IMG/VR virus record: IMGVR_UViG_3300002026_000066
Coordinates: 1 to 43,016 of that record
Strand: one strand, 5' to 3'
Source: a virus
DNA: 43,016 nucleotides
Translations under genes and position numbers: made by a program
Notes under the pieces: generated by a model
What the model was told of the DNA's origin: nothing
Database searches by the model: none
The model's input: the letters and a program-made list of their open reading frames with translations, nothing else
Shown: positions 10,101 to 18,356 of the stretch, piece by piece
Position numbering within the stretch: the stretch's first letter is position 1
How the letters are laid out: every line of letters begins with the position of its first letter

Positions 10101-11555
10101 CCCGCCACCCGCGACGGCTTCCGTGCGCTGGTCACTGCTGCCGAAGCCGCTGGCAACGATGCCCTCCTGGCGGGCCTGCTGAACCTGCAAGACGAATTTG
10201 CCGCGCTGGTTCCCGCTGCTGAAGTTGCCGCTGCAGCCGTCAGCAGCATCGCCGACGGCATCCGCACCAGCGTCAACACCGCCATCACCACCGCCTACAA
10301 CGGTGCCCGCCAATCGGCCATGTCTGCCCTTCGCGCCAGCGTGGCCCAAGAGCGCGCGATGCTGGACAACGCCGCCAGCGCTGCCAGCACCCTGGTGGGC
10401 AAAGTGCAGAGCGTGTTCGACACCCTGAGCGACGCCGTGCAAAGCCTGCGCGCCGATGCCAACGCCGTGGGCACAGCAGAGCAGGGCGCGGCGTTCATCA
10501 GCGCCGCCCTGGCCCAAGCGCAGGCCACCGGCGCGCTGCCTGAGCAGCAGGCCCTGGCCGACGCCATCCAAGCCGCCCGCAGCGGCTTGGTCGCAGACAA
10601 CTTCAGCAGCGTGGCCGAGCAACAGTTCGCCCAGCTCAAGCTGGCGGGTGAATTGGAGGCCCTGCAAAGCGTCAGCGGCAGCCAGCTCACCAACGCCCAG
10701 TACCAGCTCCAGGTGGCCGAAGACCAGCTCAAAGCGCTGGACGATACCCTGGCCTACTGGGAGCAACAGGTCAACGCCGCAGAGGGCAACGTCACCGCCA
10801 CCCTGTCTGTGGGTGACGCCGTGCGCTCGCTGCAGGTGGCGCTGTCGCAATCATTGGATGAAGGCTTTTCCAGCATCAGCGGTGTGGGCCAGAAAACACT
10901 GACCGACCAGCTGCAAAGCGTGGCCAACCAATACAGCCCCGGCACAACCAGCGGCTCCGTGAGCCAACTGGCGGCCAGCATCACAGCCGGAACCATTGGG
11001 CTGAATGACGCTGTAACGTATCTGGCAGGGACGCCAACCACGTCGGCCTCATACACCCAAAACGTCACCGATGGCGGCGCCACGCCGCCGGCGTTTTATG
11101 CCATGTTGCGCACCAACATCGACACGCTGATCGCCCGGGGGCTGACCGGCGAGCAGCTGTCGCAGACCCTTATTGAGTACGGCGTCAGCCTGACCGATGC
11201 CAGCAAGGCATACGGCATCACCGCCGCAGAGGTGGCGGCCAACCTGCTCAAAGCCGGTGCCAGCCGCCTGCCGCAGCTGGCCGTGGGCACCAACTATGTG
11301 CCGCAAGACATGCTGGCCGTCATTCACCAGGGCGAGGCCGTGGTGCCAAAAGCCTTCAACCCCTGGGCCAACGGCGCACCCGCCGCCATGGGTGGCAACA
11401 CCCAGCAGCTGGAGCGCCTGGTGGAGGGCCTCACCGCCGAAGTGCAGCGCCTGCAGGCCCTGGTGGGCGAGGGCAACCGCTACGCCCGCGACACCGCCCA
11501 AACGCTCGACCAAGTGACCGAGGGCGGCGGGGCCATGCGCACCACAACCGCCTGA
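7182..11555 (+). CDS. Tail tape measure protein (about 1457 aa)
   Basis: Very long Ala/Gln-rich coiled-coil ORF after the chaperone pair. The C-terminal motif LPQLAVGTNYVPQDMLAVIHQGEAVVPKAFNPW is typical of tape measure proteins. A GTG at 7179 is an alternative start. Confidence 0.85.
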   Translation: MALSKLVVEIAARIREYMADMDKAATATEASAARIERADKTMVDAAKDAATGQATMADTAVQVAARMGPVGGVVAAAAAVVAGYGLASYKAAQENTALVRALALSGNQAGVTAGQLQGMAAAASHVVGTHGQAAEAIGLMVSGGKVAGENLQALTVTALNASRTLGIGVQETVKHYEALADSPTKASAKLNESMGYLNAETYRRIQALEEMGRKDEAAALAQQTYARGADDAIKKVEASLGSLQRGWRKVGKEAGKAWDWMLGLGRKDEVQDSLAGLRQKLDEKERQLRAGFATTGGGAAVGMRGMSDDRRGQLEAEAEGLREQIRLMGRAGATAAANAAASARYQKEGIEWADKAAAAEERLKSNATKRAEAIAKADEALRDGHISTVKHAALVADAERQFADKVTKGNDGERERLRLLKAQQHDLDELVKQLLAREKAEHDAGVAATKAYDQAIDRQDKATASAENELERQLDLNAAMGLGKEAVAELAAAKIEEAAASKERQAALADDIDWSGRMGDAYRDEAAALYALAKAKREGAAKSVRLDNDKAWKKEVDDTAKDAAAEWKRTSQQIEQSLTDALMRGFESGKDFAKVLRDTVVNMFKTMVLRPIISAVVNPVAGAITGSLGLPGAANASTGSDLLGTASNLGSAYDTLSNGVSNAVTAGFDKLATSGFGQKIGLSDSIDFGTGYEQVATNSTGATLGQYAGMAGNALAGYGLQKAISGGYKTGESGLVDAITVAASAYFGPIAGVAAGVFNRAFGRKLADQGIQGQFGGEAGFTGENYTFEKGGWFRSDKTKTSALDAGMQSGLADQFNAIRVQTALMATVLGDTGQSVADFTSSIKLSFNGLTEAQIGEKLAETFAGIANDLAKTVLGDSAFSKEGEAASQTLQRLANSLTTVNGTFDVLGFSLEAVSLAGANAASGFVDLMGGLDAFKATTASYYANFYSEAERQAKATEQLTAQLAGLGQAMPATRDGFRALVTAAEAAGNDALLAGLLNLQDEFAALVPAAEVAAAAVSSIADGIRTSVNTAITTAYNGARQSAMSALRASVAQERAMLDNAASAASTLVGKVQSVFDTLSDAVQSLRADANAVGTAEQGAAFISAALAQAQATGALPEQQALADAIQAARSGLVADNFSSVAEQQFAQLKLAGELEALQSVSGSQLTNAQYQLQVAEDQLKALDDTLAYWEQQVNAAEGNVTATLSVGDAVRSLQVALSQSLDEGFSSISGVGQKTLTDQLQSVANQYSPGTTSGSVSQLAASITAGTIGLNDAVTYLAGTPTTSASYTQNVTDGGATPPAFYAMLRTNIDTLIARGLTGEQLSQTLIEYGVSLTDASKAYGITAAEVAANLLKAGASRLPQLAVGTNYVPQDMLAVIHQGEAVVPKAFNPWANGAPAAMGGNTQQLERLVEGLTAEVQRLQALVGEGNRYARDTAQTLDQVTEGGGAMRTTTA

Positions 11556-11561
11556 TACACC

Positions 11562-12473
11562 ATGCAATTCATTCGCCCCATCACCATCACCGCCGCCATG
11601 CTGGGCGCGGGCACCACCGTGGCCGAAGACCCCACGCCCGCGTGGGTCAGCGGCACCAGCTACAGCGTGGGCGCTGAGGTGCACCTGGCCAGCACGCATC
11701 GCGTGTACCGCTGCGCCGTGGCCACCAGCGGCACCACCGCGCCCAACGTGGCCATCACCACCTGGGCCGATGTACGCCCCACCAACCGCTGGGCCCCGTT
11801 TGACAGCTACACCAGCACCCAGGCTGCCACCACCACCAGCATGACGTATGTGCTGAGCCCCGGCTATTTCAACGCCCTGGCCCTGTATGGCGTGGTGGCA
11901 GACAGCTACACCATCACCCTCAAAGACGCGCCAGGCGGTACCACCATTTACAGCCGCAGCGGTGCCATGGCCGAAGAGCCCGAGGGCTGGTACGAGTACC
12001 TGTTTGGCGGCTTCAGGCCCCTCACCAAATTTGTCATCAGCGGCCTGCCCATCAGCCCCACCGCGCAGCTCACGCTCACGTTGTCGGCCAGCAGCGGCGC
12101 ACCCGTGGCGCTGGGCATGCTTGTGGTGGGCGACTACAAAAGCCTGCTGGAAGGAGCCGATTGGGGCGGCCCCCTGCGCGGTTGCAGCGCAGAGCCCATC
12201 ACCTACAGCTACATCAACACCGCCGAGGACGGCACCGTCACCATCCGCCGCCGCCATGCCGCCACCAACCTGCGCGTGCAGGTGGTCATGCCCATTGCAT
12301 CGGCTGACTACGCGCTGGCGGCCATTCAGGACGTGCTCGATGTGCCCGTGGCCGTCATCACCACCACCGCCCAAAACCACACGGGCCTCACCACCTTCGG
12401 CCTCATTTCCGGGGCCATCAGCTACGACGGCATTTCTGCCACCGCCAACCTCAACGTCAAAGGACTGATCTGA
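11562..12473 (+). CDS. Tail tip/distal tail protein (putative)
   Basis: 303-aa ORF directly after the tape measure gene. The N-terminal segment AWVSGTSYSVGAEVHLASTHRVYRC is reminiscent of small carbohydrate-binding (CBM5/12-like) modules. Confidence 0.5.
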   Translation: MQFIRPITITAAMLGAGTTVAEDPTPAWVSGTSYSVGAEVHLASTHRVYRCAVATSGTTAPNVAITTWADVRPTNRWAPFDSYTSTQAATTTSMTYVLSPGYFNALALYGVVADSYTITLKDAPGGTTIYSRSGAMAEEPEGWYEYLFGGFRPLTKFVISGLPISPTAQLTLTLSASSGAPVALGMLVVGDYKSLLEGADWGGPLRGCSAEPITYSYINTAEDGTVTIRRRHAATNLRVQVVMPIASADYALAAIQDVLDVPVAVITTTAQNHTGLTTFGLISGAISYDGISATANLNVKGLI

Positions 12474-12474
12474 C

Positions 12475-13323
12475 ATGCCCATCACCACACCCCCCACGGT
12501 AGACACGCCATCCACGCCACCAGACCCATCAGACCGCGCCAGTTTCAACACGCGCGCCTACCCATGGAGCGTGTCGGTCAACACCATGACCACCCAGCTG
12601 GCCACCTTTGCCACCTGGGTGTATGACACCGCCCAGGAGGTGCTGGGCCTTTCAAACACGGCCACCACGGCGGCCACCGCTGCGGGCACATCGGCCACCA
12701 ATGCCGCCAGCAGCGCCACCAGCGCGTCGGGCAGTGCCACCACGGCCAGCGGTGCAGCTTCCGACGCCACCACGCAAGCGGGCATTGCCACCACCAAGGC
12801 CAGCGAGGCCAGCAGCAGCGCAGCAGCAGCGGCCAGCCTGGTGGCTGCCATTGCCGACGGCCCCGTCACCAGCGTCAGCGGAAAAACAGGCATCGTCACC
12901 CTGGCAAAAGCCGATGTGGGCCTGGGCAACGTGGACAACACGAGCGACCTGTCCAAACCCATCAGCACCGCCACGCAGACCGCGCTGGACGCCCGTGTGA
13001 CCACCAGCACCGCCCAAACCCTCACAGGCGCAAAGCGCGGCGCACTGACCACCGACAACGATCTGAGCTTTTCCATGTCGGCAGGCAATAACTTCACCTG
13101 CACCACGGCAGGCTCTGGAACGCTCACATTCACCAACATCACAGCAGGGCAGTCTGGCTTCATCCTGCTGACCAACGCCAGCAACCACACCATTTCAGCC
13201 GCAGCCACCACAAAAGTCAGCAGCACCCTGCTGACCCGCATCAGCGCCAGTGGCACCTACCTGTTGAGCTACTTCAGCAACGGCACCAACGTGTACGTTG
13301 TGGCTTCGGAGCAATTCACATGA
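12475..13323 (+). CDS. Tail fibre protein
   Basis: Ala/Ser/Thr-rich shaft followed by the classic fibre motif VSGKTGIVTLAKADVGLGNVDNTSDLSKPISTATQTALDAR. Confidence 0.7.
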   Translation: MPITTPPTVDTPSTPPDPSDRASFNTRAYPWSVSVNTMTTQLATFATWVYDTAQEVLGLSNTATTAATAAGTSATNAASSATSASGSATTASGAASDATTQAGIATTKASEASSSAAAAASLVAAIADGPVTSVSGKTGIVTLAKADVGLGNVDNTSDLSKPISTATQTALDARVTTSTAQTLTGAKRGALTTDNDLSFSMSAGNNFTCTTAGSGTLTFTNITAGQSGFILLTNASNHTISAAATTKVSSTLLTRISASGTYLLSYFSNGTNVYVVASEQFT

Positions 13324-14855
13324 GCCTGCTACCTGTTGGCTTCGGTGGCAGTGCGTCTGGCTACGACATTGCCAAGAGCGTGCGGTTTCGGTCTAATGCG
13401 TCGGCTTCACTCACGCGCACGTTCTCGGCAAGTGGGACGCAGGCCACGTTCTCCATGTGGGTCAAGCGTGGGGCGCTGGGGGTGGCGCAGGAGTTGTTTG
13501 GCTGGACAGACGGCGTGACCACCAGCTACGACATTCACTTAAACGCATCAAATCAGCTTGACTACTGGAGCTTTTCAGGAGGCTACACCGCCCGCAGATT
13601 GACCACTGCTGTATTCCGTGACCCATCTGCGTGGTTTCATCTGCTGTGCGTACATGACACCCCAAACGCCACGGCGTCAAGCAGGATGCGGGTGTACGTC
13701 AACGGTGTGCAAATCACATCGTTTTCTGCGTCGGTTGACCCAGCGCAGAACTCGTCTTTGAACCTTTCTGGCTCTCGGGCTTGGAGGATCGGGGGGATGG
13801 GTGCGGCTTCACCAACACAATTTTTTGACGGTTACATCGCAGAGTTCCATCTGATCGACGGCCAAGCCCTTGACCCGACTAGCTTCGGCCAATTTGACGC
13901 AAACGGCGTGTGGGTTGCCAAGAAATACGCTGGCACATACGGCACTAACGGTTTCTACCTTCCGTTCGACAACGGCACCAGCCTGACCACGCTGGCACAA
14001 GACCGCAGCGGCAATGGCAACAACTGGACAGCCACAAACGTCAGCCTGACAGCAGGGTCAACTTACGACTGGATGGATGACACGCCGACAAATAACTTTG
14101 CGGTGTTGAACAGTGTTGCCGTCATATCGCCCGGCGGGCAGACAGTAACGAGAGATGCAAACCTGACGCTGTTCATGGCAAACGGTTCCCCTTCTTGGCC
14201 TGTTGACTACTCATACGTATCAATACAACCAACCTCTGGTAAGTTCTACGTTGAGTTTTCTAGCAATCAGACTCCATATCTGGGCTATCCATATCTGGTT
14301 GTTGGTGGGGCACTCTCGACAACTCTCACAACAGGCGCGGTAAATGAGGTTGTATGTTGCGCCATCGACTTCGACACTGGGCAAGCATGGCGGTCAATCA
14401 ATTCGACACCGAATACTGCCGGAGCACCAACGCACACTTTTGGCGCTGGGCAGGGTGGAATGTATTTCTGCATTCACAACTTTGGCAGCAATAACGGGTG
14501 CTGGGTCAACTTCGGCCAGCGCCCATTCGCCTACACCCCGCCCACTGGCTTCAAAGCCCTCAGCACCAAGAACCGCCCCACTGGCGGCTCGATCACCACC
14601 TCGGGCACGTTCACAGGCAACGCATCCACTGATGGCCCGTTTGTGTGGCTGAACGGCAACCCGTCAACGATGACGATCAACGGCAATGCGGTCACCTTTG
14701 GCACCCACGCAGACAAAACGGCAGGCGGTTTCAAAGTTCGTTCGTTAAGCGCCAGCTACAACACCGCAGGCAGCAACACGTATTCCGTCACCTTCACCGG
14801 CAAGCTGTTCGGCGACTCATCCCGCGCACCCAACACAGCACAAGGCAACCCATGA
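13320..14855 (+). CDS. Receptor-binding/host-specificity protein with a LamG (concanavalin-like lectin) type N-terminal domain
   Basis: ATGA overlap with the fibre gene. The pattern FSMWVKR...WFHLLCVHD...RMRVYVNGVQ...FDGYIAEFHLIDGQALDP fits LamG-type jelly-roll domains seen in phage receptor-binding proteins. The central part is visibly lower in GC. Confidence 0.5.
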   Translation: MSLLPVGFGGSASGYDIAKSVRFRSNASASLTRTFSASGTQATFSMWVKRGALGVAQELFGWTDGVTTSYDIHLNASNQLDYWSFSGGYTARRLTTAVFRDPSAWFHLLCVHDTPNATASSRMRVYVNGVQITSFSASVDPAQNSSLNLSGSRAWRIGGMGAASPTQFFDGYIAEFHLIDGQALDPTSFGQFDANGVWVAKKYAGTYGTNGFYLPFDNGTSLTTLAQDRSGNGNNWTATNVSLTAGSTYDWMDDTPTNNFAVLNSVAVISPGGQTVTRDANLTLFMANGSPSWPVDYSYVSIQPTSGKFYVEFSSNQTPYLGYPYLVVGGALSTTLTTGAVNEVVCCAIDFDTGQAWRSINSTPNTAGAPTHTFGAGQGGMYFCIHNFGSNNGCWVNFGQRPFAYTPPTGFKALSTKNRPTGGSITTSGTFTGNASTDGPFVWLNGNPSTMTINGNAVTFGTHADKTAGGFKVRSLSASYNTAGSNTYSVTFTGKLFGDSSRAPNTAQGNP

Positions 14856-15427
14856 GCAAAATCAGCATTCGCAAAGACACAAAGCAGCGCATCAACGCTT
14901 TTGCGGCCTACACCGACGAAAACGGCACCCGTTACCCCACAGTGCCGCCCGAGGTGTTCGAGTGGGTGGAGCCGCCCGCGCCGCCTGCCGAATACTTGGC
15001 AAACCCCGACCACTACTACGTCACAGAGCAGGACGACGCACCGTTCGTGGTTTACACCCGCAAGAGTGACGAGCAAATAGCCGATGCGCGTTGGGTGGCA
15101 ATCAAAGCCCTGCGCGATGCCAAAACCCAGACAGGTGGCTATGCGGTGGGCAGCAACTGGTTTCACAGCGACACATTCAGCCGCACCCAGCAAATGGGCT
15201 TGGTGATGATGGGTGGCAATGTCCCGGTTGGACTCCGTTGGAAAACGATGGATGGGGTTTTCGTACCTATGACCCCCACGCTGGCCCAGCAAATTTTTGC
15301 CGCAGCCGCACAGCAAGACGCCGCATTGTTTGCCCACGCCGAAGCGCTGAAAGCCGACCCCCTGGCCGACATTGCCACCGGCTGGCCTGCCACGTGGCAA
15401 GACGTTCAGCAGGACGACCAGCCATGA
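14852..15427 (+). CDS. DUF4376-like tail-fibre-associated protein
   Basis: The ATG at 14852 overlaps the upstream stop (ATGA). The C-terminal pattern (WFHSDTFSRTQQMGLVMMG...PVGLRWKTMDG.FVPMT...FAAAAQQDAALF) resembles DUF4376 domains found next to fibre genes. Confidence 0.45.
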   Translation: MSKISIRKDTKQRINAFAAYTDENGTRYPTVPPEVFEWVEPPAPPAEYLANPDHYYVTEQDDAPFVVYTRKSDEQIADARWVAIKALRDAKTQTGGYAVGSNWFHSDTFSRTQQMGLVMMGGNVPVGLRWKTMDGVFVPMTPTLAQQIFAAAAQQDAALFAHAEALKADPLADIATGWPATWQDVQQDDQP

Positions 15428-15837
15428 TGCAAATGGCCTTTTACAAAGGCCCGGCCACCGACACCTGGCACCAGGTGGGCCACCACCTGACCGCGTGGTT
15501 TACCGGCAGCCCATACAGCCACTGCGAAATCGTGATTAACGGCACAGCCATGAGCAGCAGCAGCCGCGACGGCGGCGTGCGCTTCAAGCACATCGACCTC
15601 GATTCGGGCAAGTGGGACGTGGTGCCCCTGCCTGGCAGCGAGGCCGCCGTGTGGGCCTGGTTTGCCACCCATGAAGGCCAGGCCTACGACTGGGCGGGCA
15701 TTGCCCGCTTCATTGTGCCCCTGCTGCCCCAGCGGCGCGGCCAGTGGTTTTGCAGCGAGGCCTGCGCCGCCGCCCTGGGCCTGCCCGAGCCAGCCGACTG
15801 GACGCCCGGCATGTTGGCCGTGAAGTATTTGAAATAA
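15424..15837 (+). CDS. Putative permuted papain-like (YaeF/YiiX C92-like) hydrolase
   Basis: The ATG at 15424 overlaps the upstream stop. A His-containing motif (PYSHCEIV) precedes a Cys-containing motif (QWFCSEACAAALG). This order is seen in permuted NlpC/P60-type enzymes. Confidence 0.4.
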   Translation: MMQMAFYKGPATDTWHQVGHHLTAWFTGSPYSHCEIVINGTAMSSSSRDGGVRFKHIDLDSGKWDVVPLPGSEAAVWAWFATHEGQAYDWAGIARFIVPLLPQRRGQWFCSEACAAALGLPEPADWTPGMLAVKYLK

Positions 15838-15844
15838 GGGAAAC

Positions 15845-16180
15845 ATGACGCCACCGCAAGACTTTCAGCAGAGCCGAAACTGGGACGGCGAAGACCGCCG
15901 GCAGCATCCAGCACCGCACCCACACGGGGTGAAGTTCGATGCGACCATCAACCTCGGCCACGTTCTCACTTTCGTTGGATTTGTCGTCGCGGGCTTCACC
16001 GCTTGGTCAACTCTTGACAAACGCCTGACGGTCATCGAAGAACGTGCGCAGTTTCAGGCGCAGATCGACCGGGCTCAAGACGCCCGCCTGATTGAGAGCA
16101 TGGCATCCATCAAGGAGGCCCTGAACGACATCAAAGGCAACATCACCCGTCTGAGTGATGGGCGCAGGAGCGTGCCGTGA
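15845..16180 (+). CDS. Membrane protein with one TM helix and a coiled-coil tail (i-spanin-like or holin-like)
   Basis: The hydrophobic stretch LGHVLTFVGFVVAGFTAWSTL is followed by a charged helical region. It is the first gene of the lysis cluster. Confidence 0.45.
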   Translation: MTPPQDFQQSRNWDGEDRRQHPAPHPHGVKFDATINLGHVLTFVGFVVAGFTAWSTLDKRLTVIEERAQFQAQIDRAQDARLIESMASIKEALNDIKGNITRLSDGRRSVP

Positions 16181-16189
16181 GGGCCAGCC

Positions 16190-16387
16190 ATGCCTGAGCA
16201 TTGGAAAGCACAGCGCACCGAGCAAGCCGCCCGTGCGCTGGTGACGCGCGAGGCCCAAGCCCGCATGCGCGGCAAAACCTCCCGCCAGCAGCTGCTGGAA
16301 GCGCTGGAGGCCAGCCGCGCCCCACGCGAACTGCCAGAGCCAGAAGGTGGTGATGACGCAAGCGTACAACGCCACGCATTGAGGTGA
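16190..16387 (+). CDS. Small hypothetical protein in the lysis cluster
   Basis: 65-aa charged ORF with no lipobox and no TM segment. Confidence 0.35.
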   Translation: MPEHWKAQRTEQAARALVTREAQARMRGKTSRQQLLEALEASRAPRELPEPEGGDDASVQRHALR

Positions 16388-16390
16388 CCC

Positions 16391-16897
16391 ATGGCTGATT
16401 TCTTACCTGCCTTTGAGTCCATGATCGTGCGCGAGGGCGGCTATGTGCTGCACACCGTGGCCGGTGACACCGGGGGCATGACTTATGCTGGTGTGGCCCG
16501 CAACAAAAACCCGCAGTGGGCTGGCTGGCTGGTGATTGACCAAGGCGGCACCCCGCCCGCCGAGCTGGTGCGCAGCTTCTACCGCTTCCACTTTTGGGAC
16601 GCCAACAGCCTGGGCGACTTGGCTGACCAGCGTGTGGCAAGCACCGTGTTTGACTTCGGCGTCAACGCAGGTACTGGCACGTCAGCAAAGTTGGCTCAAT
16701 TGGTGGTGGGCACCACGCCCGACGGCAAACTGGGCCCCAAAACCATTGCAGCCCTCAACGCTTACAGCCCCGAGCTGTTCCTGGCGCACTACACCCTGGC
16801 CAAAATCGCCCGCTACCGCGACATCGTGCGCCGCGACCGCGTGCAGGCCAAGTTCCTGCTGGGCTGGCTCAACCGCGCATTGGAGCAAACCGCATGA
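16391..16897 (+). CDS. Endolysin, glycoside hydrolase family 108 with a C-terminal peptidoglycan-binding domain
   Basis: N-terminal motif VREGGYVLHTVAGDTGGMTYAGV (GH108 EGGY...D.GG.T..G). The C-terminal PDGKLGPKTIAALNAY is of the PG_binding_3 type. Confidence 0.85.
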   Translation: MADFLPAFESMIVREGGYVLHTVAGDTGGMTYAGVARNKNPQWAGWLVIDQGGTPPAELVRSFYRFHFWDANSLGDLADQRVASTVFDFGVNAGTGTSAKLAQLVVGTTPDGKLGPKTIAALNAYSPELFLAHYTLAKIARYRDIVRRDRVQAKFLLGWLNRALEQTA

Positions 16898-17337
16898 ACC
16901 TCGGGCAACTCAACCCCATTTCCGGCATCGTGGCTGCCGTGGGCGGCATCATCGACTCGGTGCACACCAGCGACAAAGAGCGGCTGGATGCCGAGCTGGA
17001 GTTGCAACGCCTGGGCCTGGAAGGCCGGCGTATCGAAGCCGGGCTGCTGCAAGGCCAGGTGGATGTAAACAAGGTGGAAGCCGCGCACCCCAACGTGTTT
17101 GTCAGCGGATGGCGGCCCGCCGTAGGCTGGGTGGGTGTGGCCGCCATGGCCTACCAGTTTGTGGTGTACCCGTTCTTGGTATGGGCCTGGGCTCTCATGC
17201 AGGCCGTGGACTGGGTGCCTACCACCCTGGCCCCGCCGCCCATGCTGGACACCGATGCGCTGTGGGTGATTTTGACGGGCATTTTGGGCCTGGGCGCGGC
17301 CCGCACGGTGGAGAAGGTGCGGGGTGCGGCTGGTTAG
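16894..17337 (+). CDS. Holin, 3-TM GTA-type family
   Basis: ATGA overlap with the endolysin gene. The sequence DKERLDAELELQRLG...VDVNKVEAAHPNVFVSGWRPAVGWVGVAAMAYQFVVYPFLVW matches the family named 'holin of 3 TMs for gene-transfer release'. Confidence 0.75.
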   Translation: MNLGQLNPISGIVAAVGGIIDSVHTSDKERLDAELELQRLGLEGRRIEAGLLQGQVDVNKVEAAHPNVFVSGWRPAVGWVGVAAMAYQFVVYPFLVWAWALMQAVDWVPTTLAPPPMLDTDALWVILTGILGLGAARTVEKVRGAAG

Positions 17338-17394
17338 GAAACGGTTGTCTCCTGGCGGAACTTAGAAGCGCAGCACGCTGAAAAACCGCCTTTG

Positions 17395-17434
17395 GCCCGG
17401 CTTGCATGCGCCCTATGCAGCCGGGCTTTTTTTT
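17395..17434 (+). terminator. Rho-independent terminator ending the late (structural/lysis) operon
   Basis: 12-bp GC-rich stem with one bulge (gcccggcttgcat / atgcagccgggc), a 7-nt loop, then T8. Confidence 0.8.
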
Positions 17435-17453
17435 GCCCAATGGGGTGGGTGCG

Positions 17454-17897
17454 CTAGCGCAGCAGGGTGAGCAGGCTGAGTTGTTTGTCGGGCGGGAGCT
17501 GGCGAAAGATGGCCAGGATGGCCTGGTCGTGGTCGGACAGGGAGGGCCGATCGTTGGTGGTGAGGGCCTGGGTGGCGTGGTTGGGGTAGGTGAGGGGGAC
17601 ACCTGCTGAGCCAATGGGCGTTGTTTCGGTGCGGGGATTGGTCCAGCTGTGGGCGGTGGTTAATGCCGGTACTGACGGAGGTGCGCTCGTGCGCAAGCTT
17701 GCCGCAAGCCGCATGTTGATTTCTGCGGTTTCAGTGCGCCCGGCAATGTAGGCAGCTCGTTTGATGGCTGCGCGTAGTTCGTCTGGCATGGCCAGAAGAA
17801 AACGAGCCGCTCTTTTCCCGCCGATGTTGGCTTTTTGGTCTTCTTGGTTCACGGATGGATTATCTGTTTCGTTTTTGAGTGGAACAAACATTTGCAT
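17454..17897 (-). CDS. Arc/Mnt-type ribbon-helix-helix repressor (147 aa)
   Basis: Arc-domain motif FLLAMPDELRAAIKRAAYIAGRTETAEINMRLAASL. The C-terminal LSDHDQAILAIFRQLPPDKQLSLLTLL is typical of Arc-domain regulators. One of only two minus-strand genes, and divergent from the early operon. Confidence 0.75.
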   Translation of the reverse strand: MQMFVPLKNETDNPSVNQEDQKANIGGKRAARFLLAMPDELRAAIKRAAYIAGRTETAEINMRLAASLRTSAPPSVPALTTAHSWTNPRTETTPIGSAGVPLTYPNHATQALTTNDRPSLSDHDQAILAIFRQLPPDKQLSLLTLLR

Positions 17898-17955
17898 CTA
17901 TGGATAACCATGGATATACTTCAGGATATCCAAATGGATGGCCGAGGATATATAC
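17892..17955. promoter_or_regulatory. Divergent switch region: rightward sigma70-like promoter plus five phased GGAT(A/G) operator-like repeats
   Basis: TTGCAT (17892-97), 17-nt spacer, TATACT (17915-20). (A)(T/G)GGAT(A/G) copies start at 17900, 17910, 17923, 17934 and 17945, roughly one helical turn apart. One copy is the palindrome GGATATCC. Confidence 0.6.
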
Positions 17956-18126
17956 ATGAGAGTCGCAAGTAAAAAAGTTTTGGTCAGCATCCCTGAGCCG
18001 CTGCTGAAGAAGCTGGATGCAAAAGCAGAGAAAGAAAAGCGCAGCCGCTCTGCTGAGGTTTGCTTCCGTTTGGAGCGCAGCTTGAAGGGGGTGCGCAAGG
18101 TGTCTGCAACCGGGGTGCAGTCATGA
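17956..18126 (+). CDS. Ribbon-helix-helix (CopG/Arc-like) DNA-binding protein
   Basis: The sequence KKVLVSIPEPLLKKLDAKAEKEKRSRSAEVCFRLERSL fits the RHH pattern. GAGGA lies upstream of the ATG at 17956, and 17938 is an alternative ATG. Confidence 0.6.
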   Translation: MRVASKKVLVSIPEPLLKKLDAKAEKEKRSRSAEVCFRLERSLKGVRKVSATGVQS

Positions 18127-18344
18127 AAAGGGCTGCAAGGCCCGCAGCACCTGGACAAGAGCCGAGAGTCATGGTTCTTCTGCGACTGCCGCCAGCACTC
18201 GTAAAAAAGCTGGAAGTAGCAGCCGAGCTTGGGTACCGAAGCCGCAACAGCGAGGCTGAAATGCGGCTTTGGGAAACCTTTCAGAACGAGTCGATTGACG
18301 AGCATGGCGTGATCGTCCGCCGCATGCCCACCCCCATCAAGTGA
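18123..18344 (+). CDS. Ribbon-helix-helix (Arc-like) DNA-binding protein
   Basis: ATGA overlap with the upstream gene. The sequence VMVLLRLPPALVKKLEVAAELGYRSRNSEAEMRLWETF fits the RHH pattern. Confidence 0.6.
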   Translation: MKRAARPAAPGQEPRVMVLLRLPPALVKKLEVAAELGYRSRNSEAEMRLWETFQNESIDEHGVIVRRMPTPIK

Positions 18345-18356
18345 GGGGTGCCCGCC

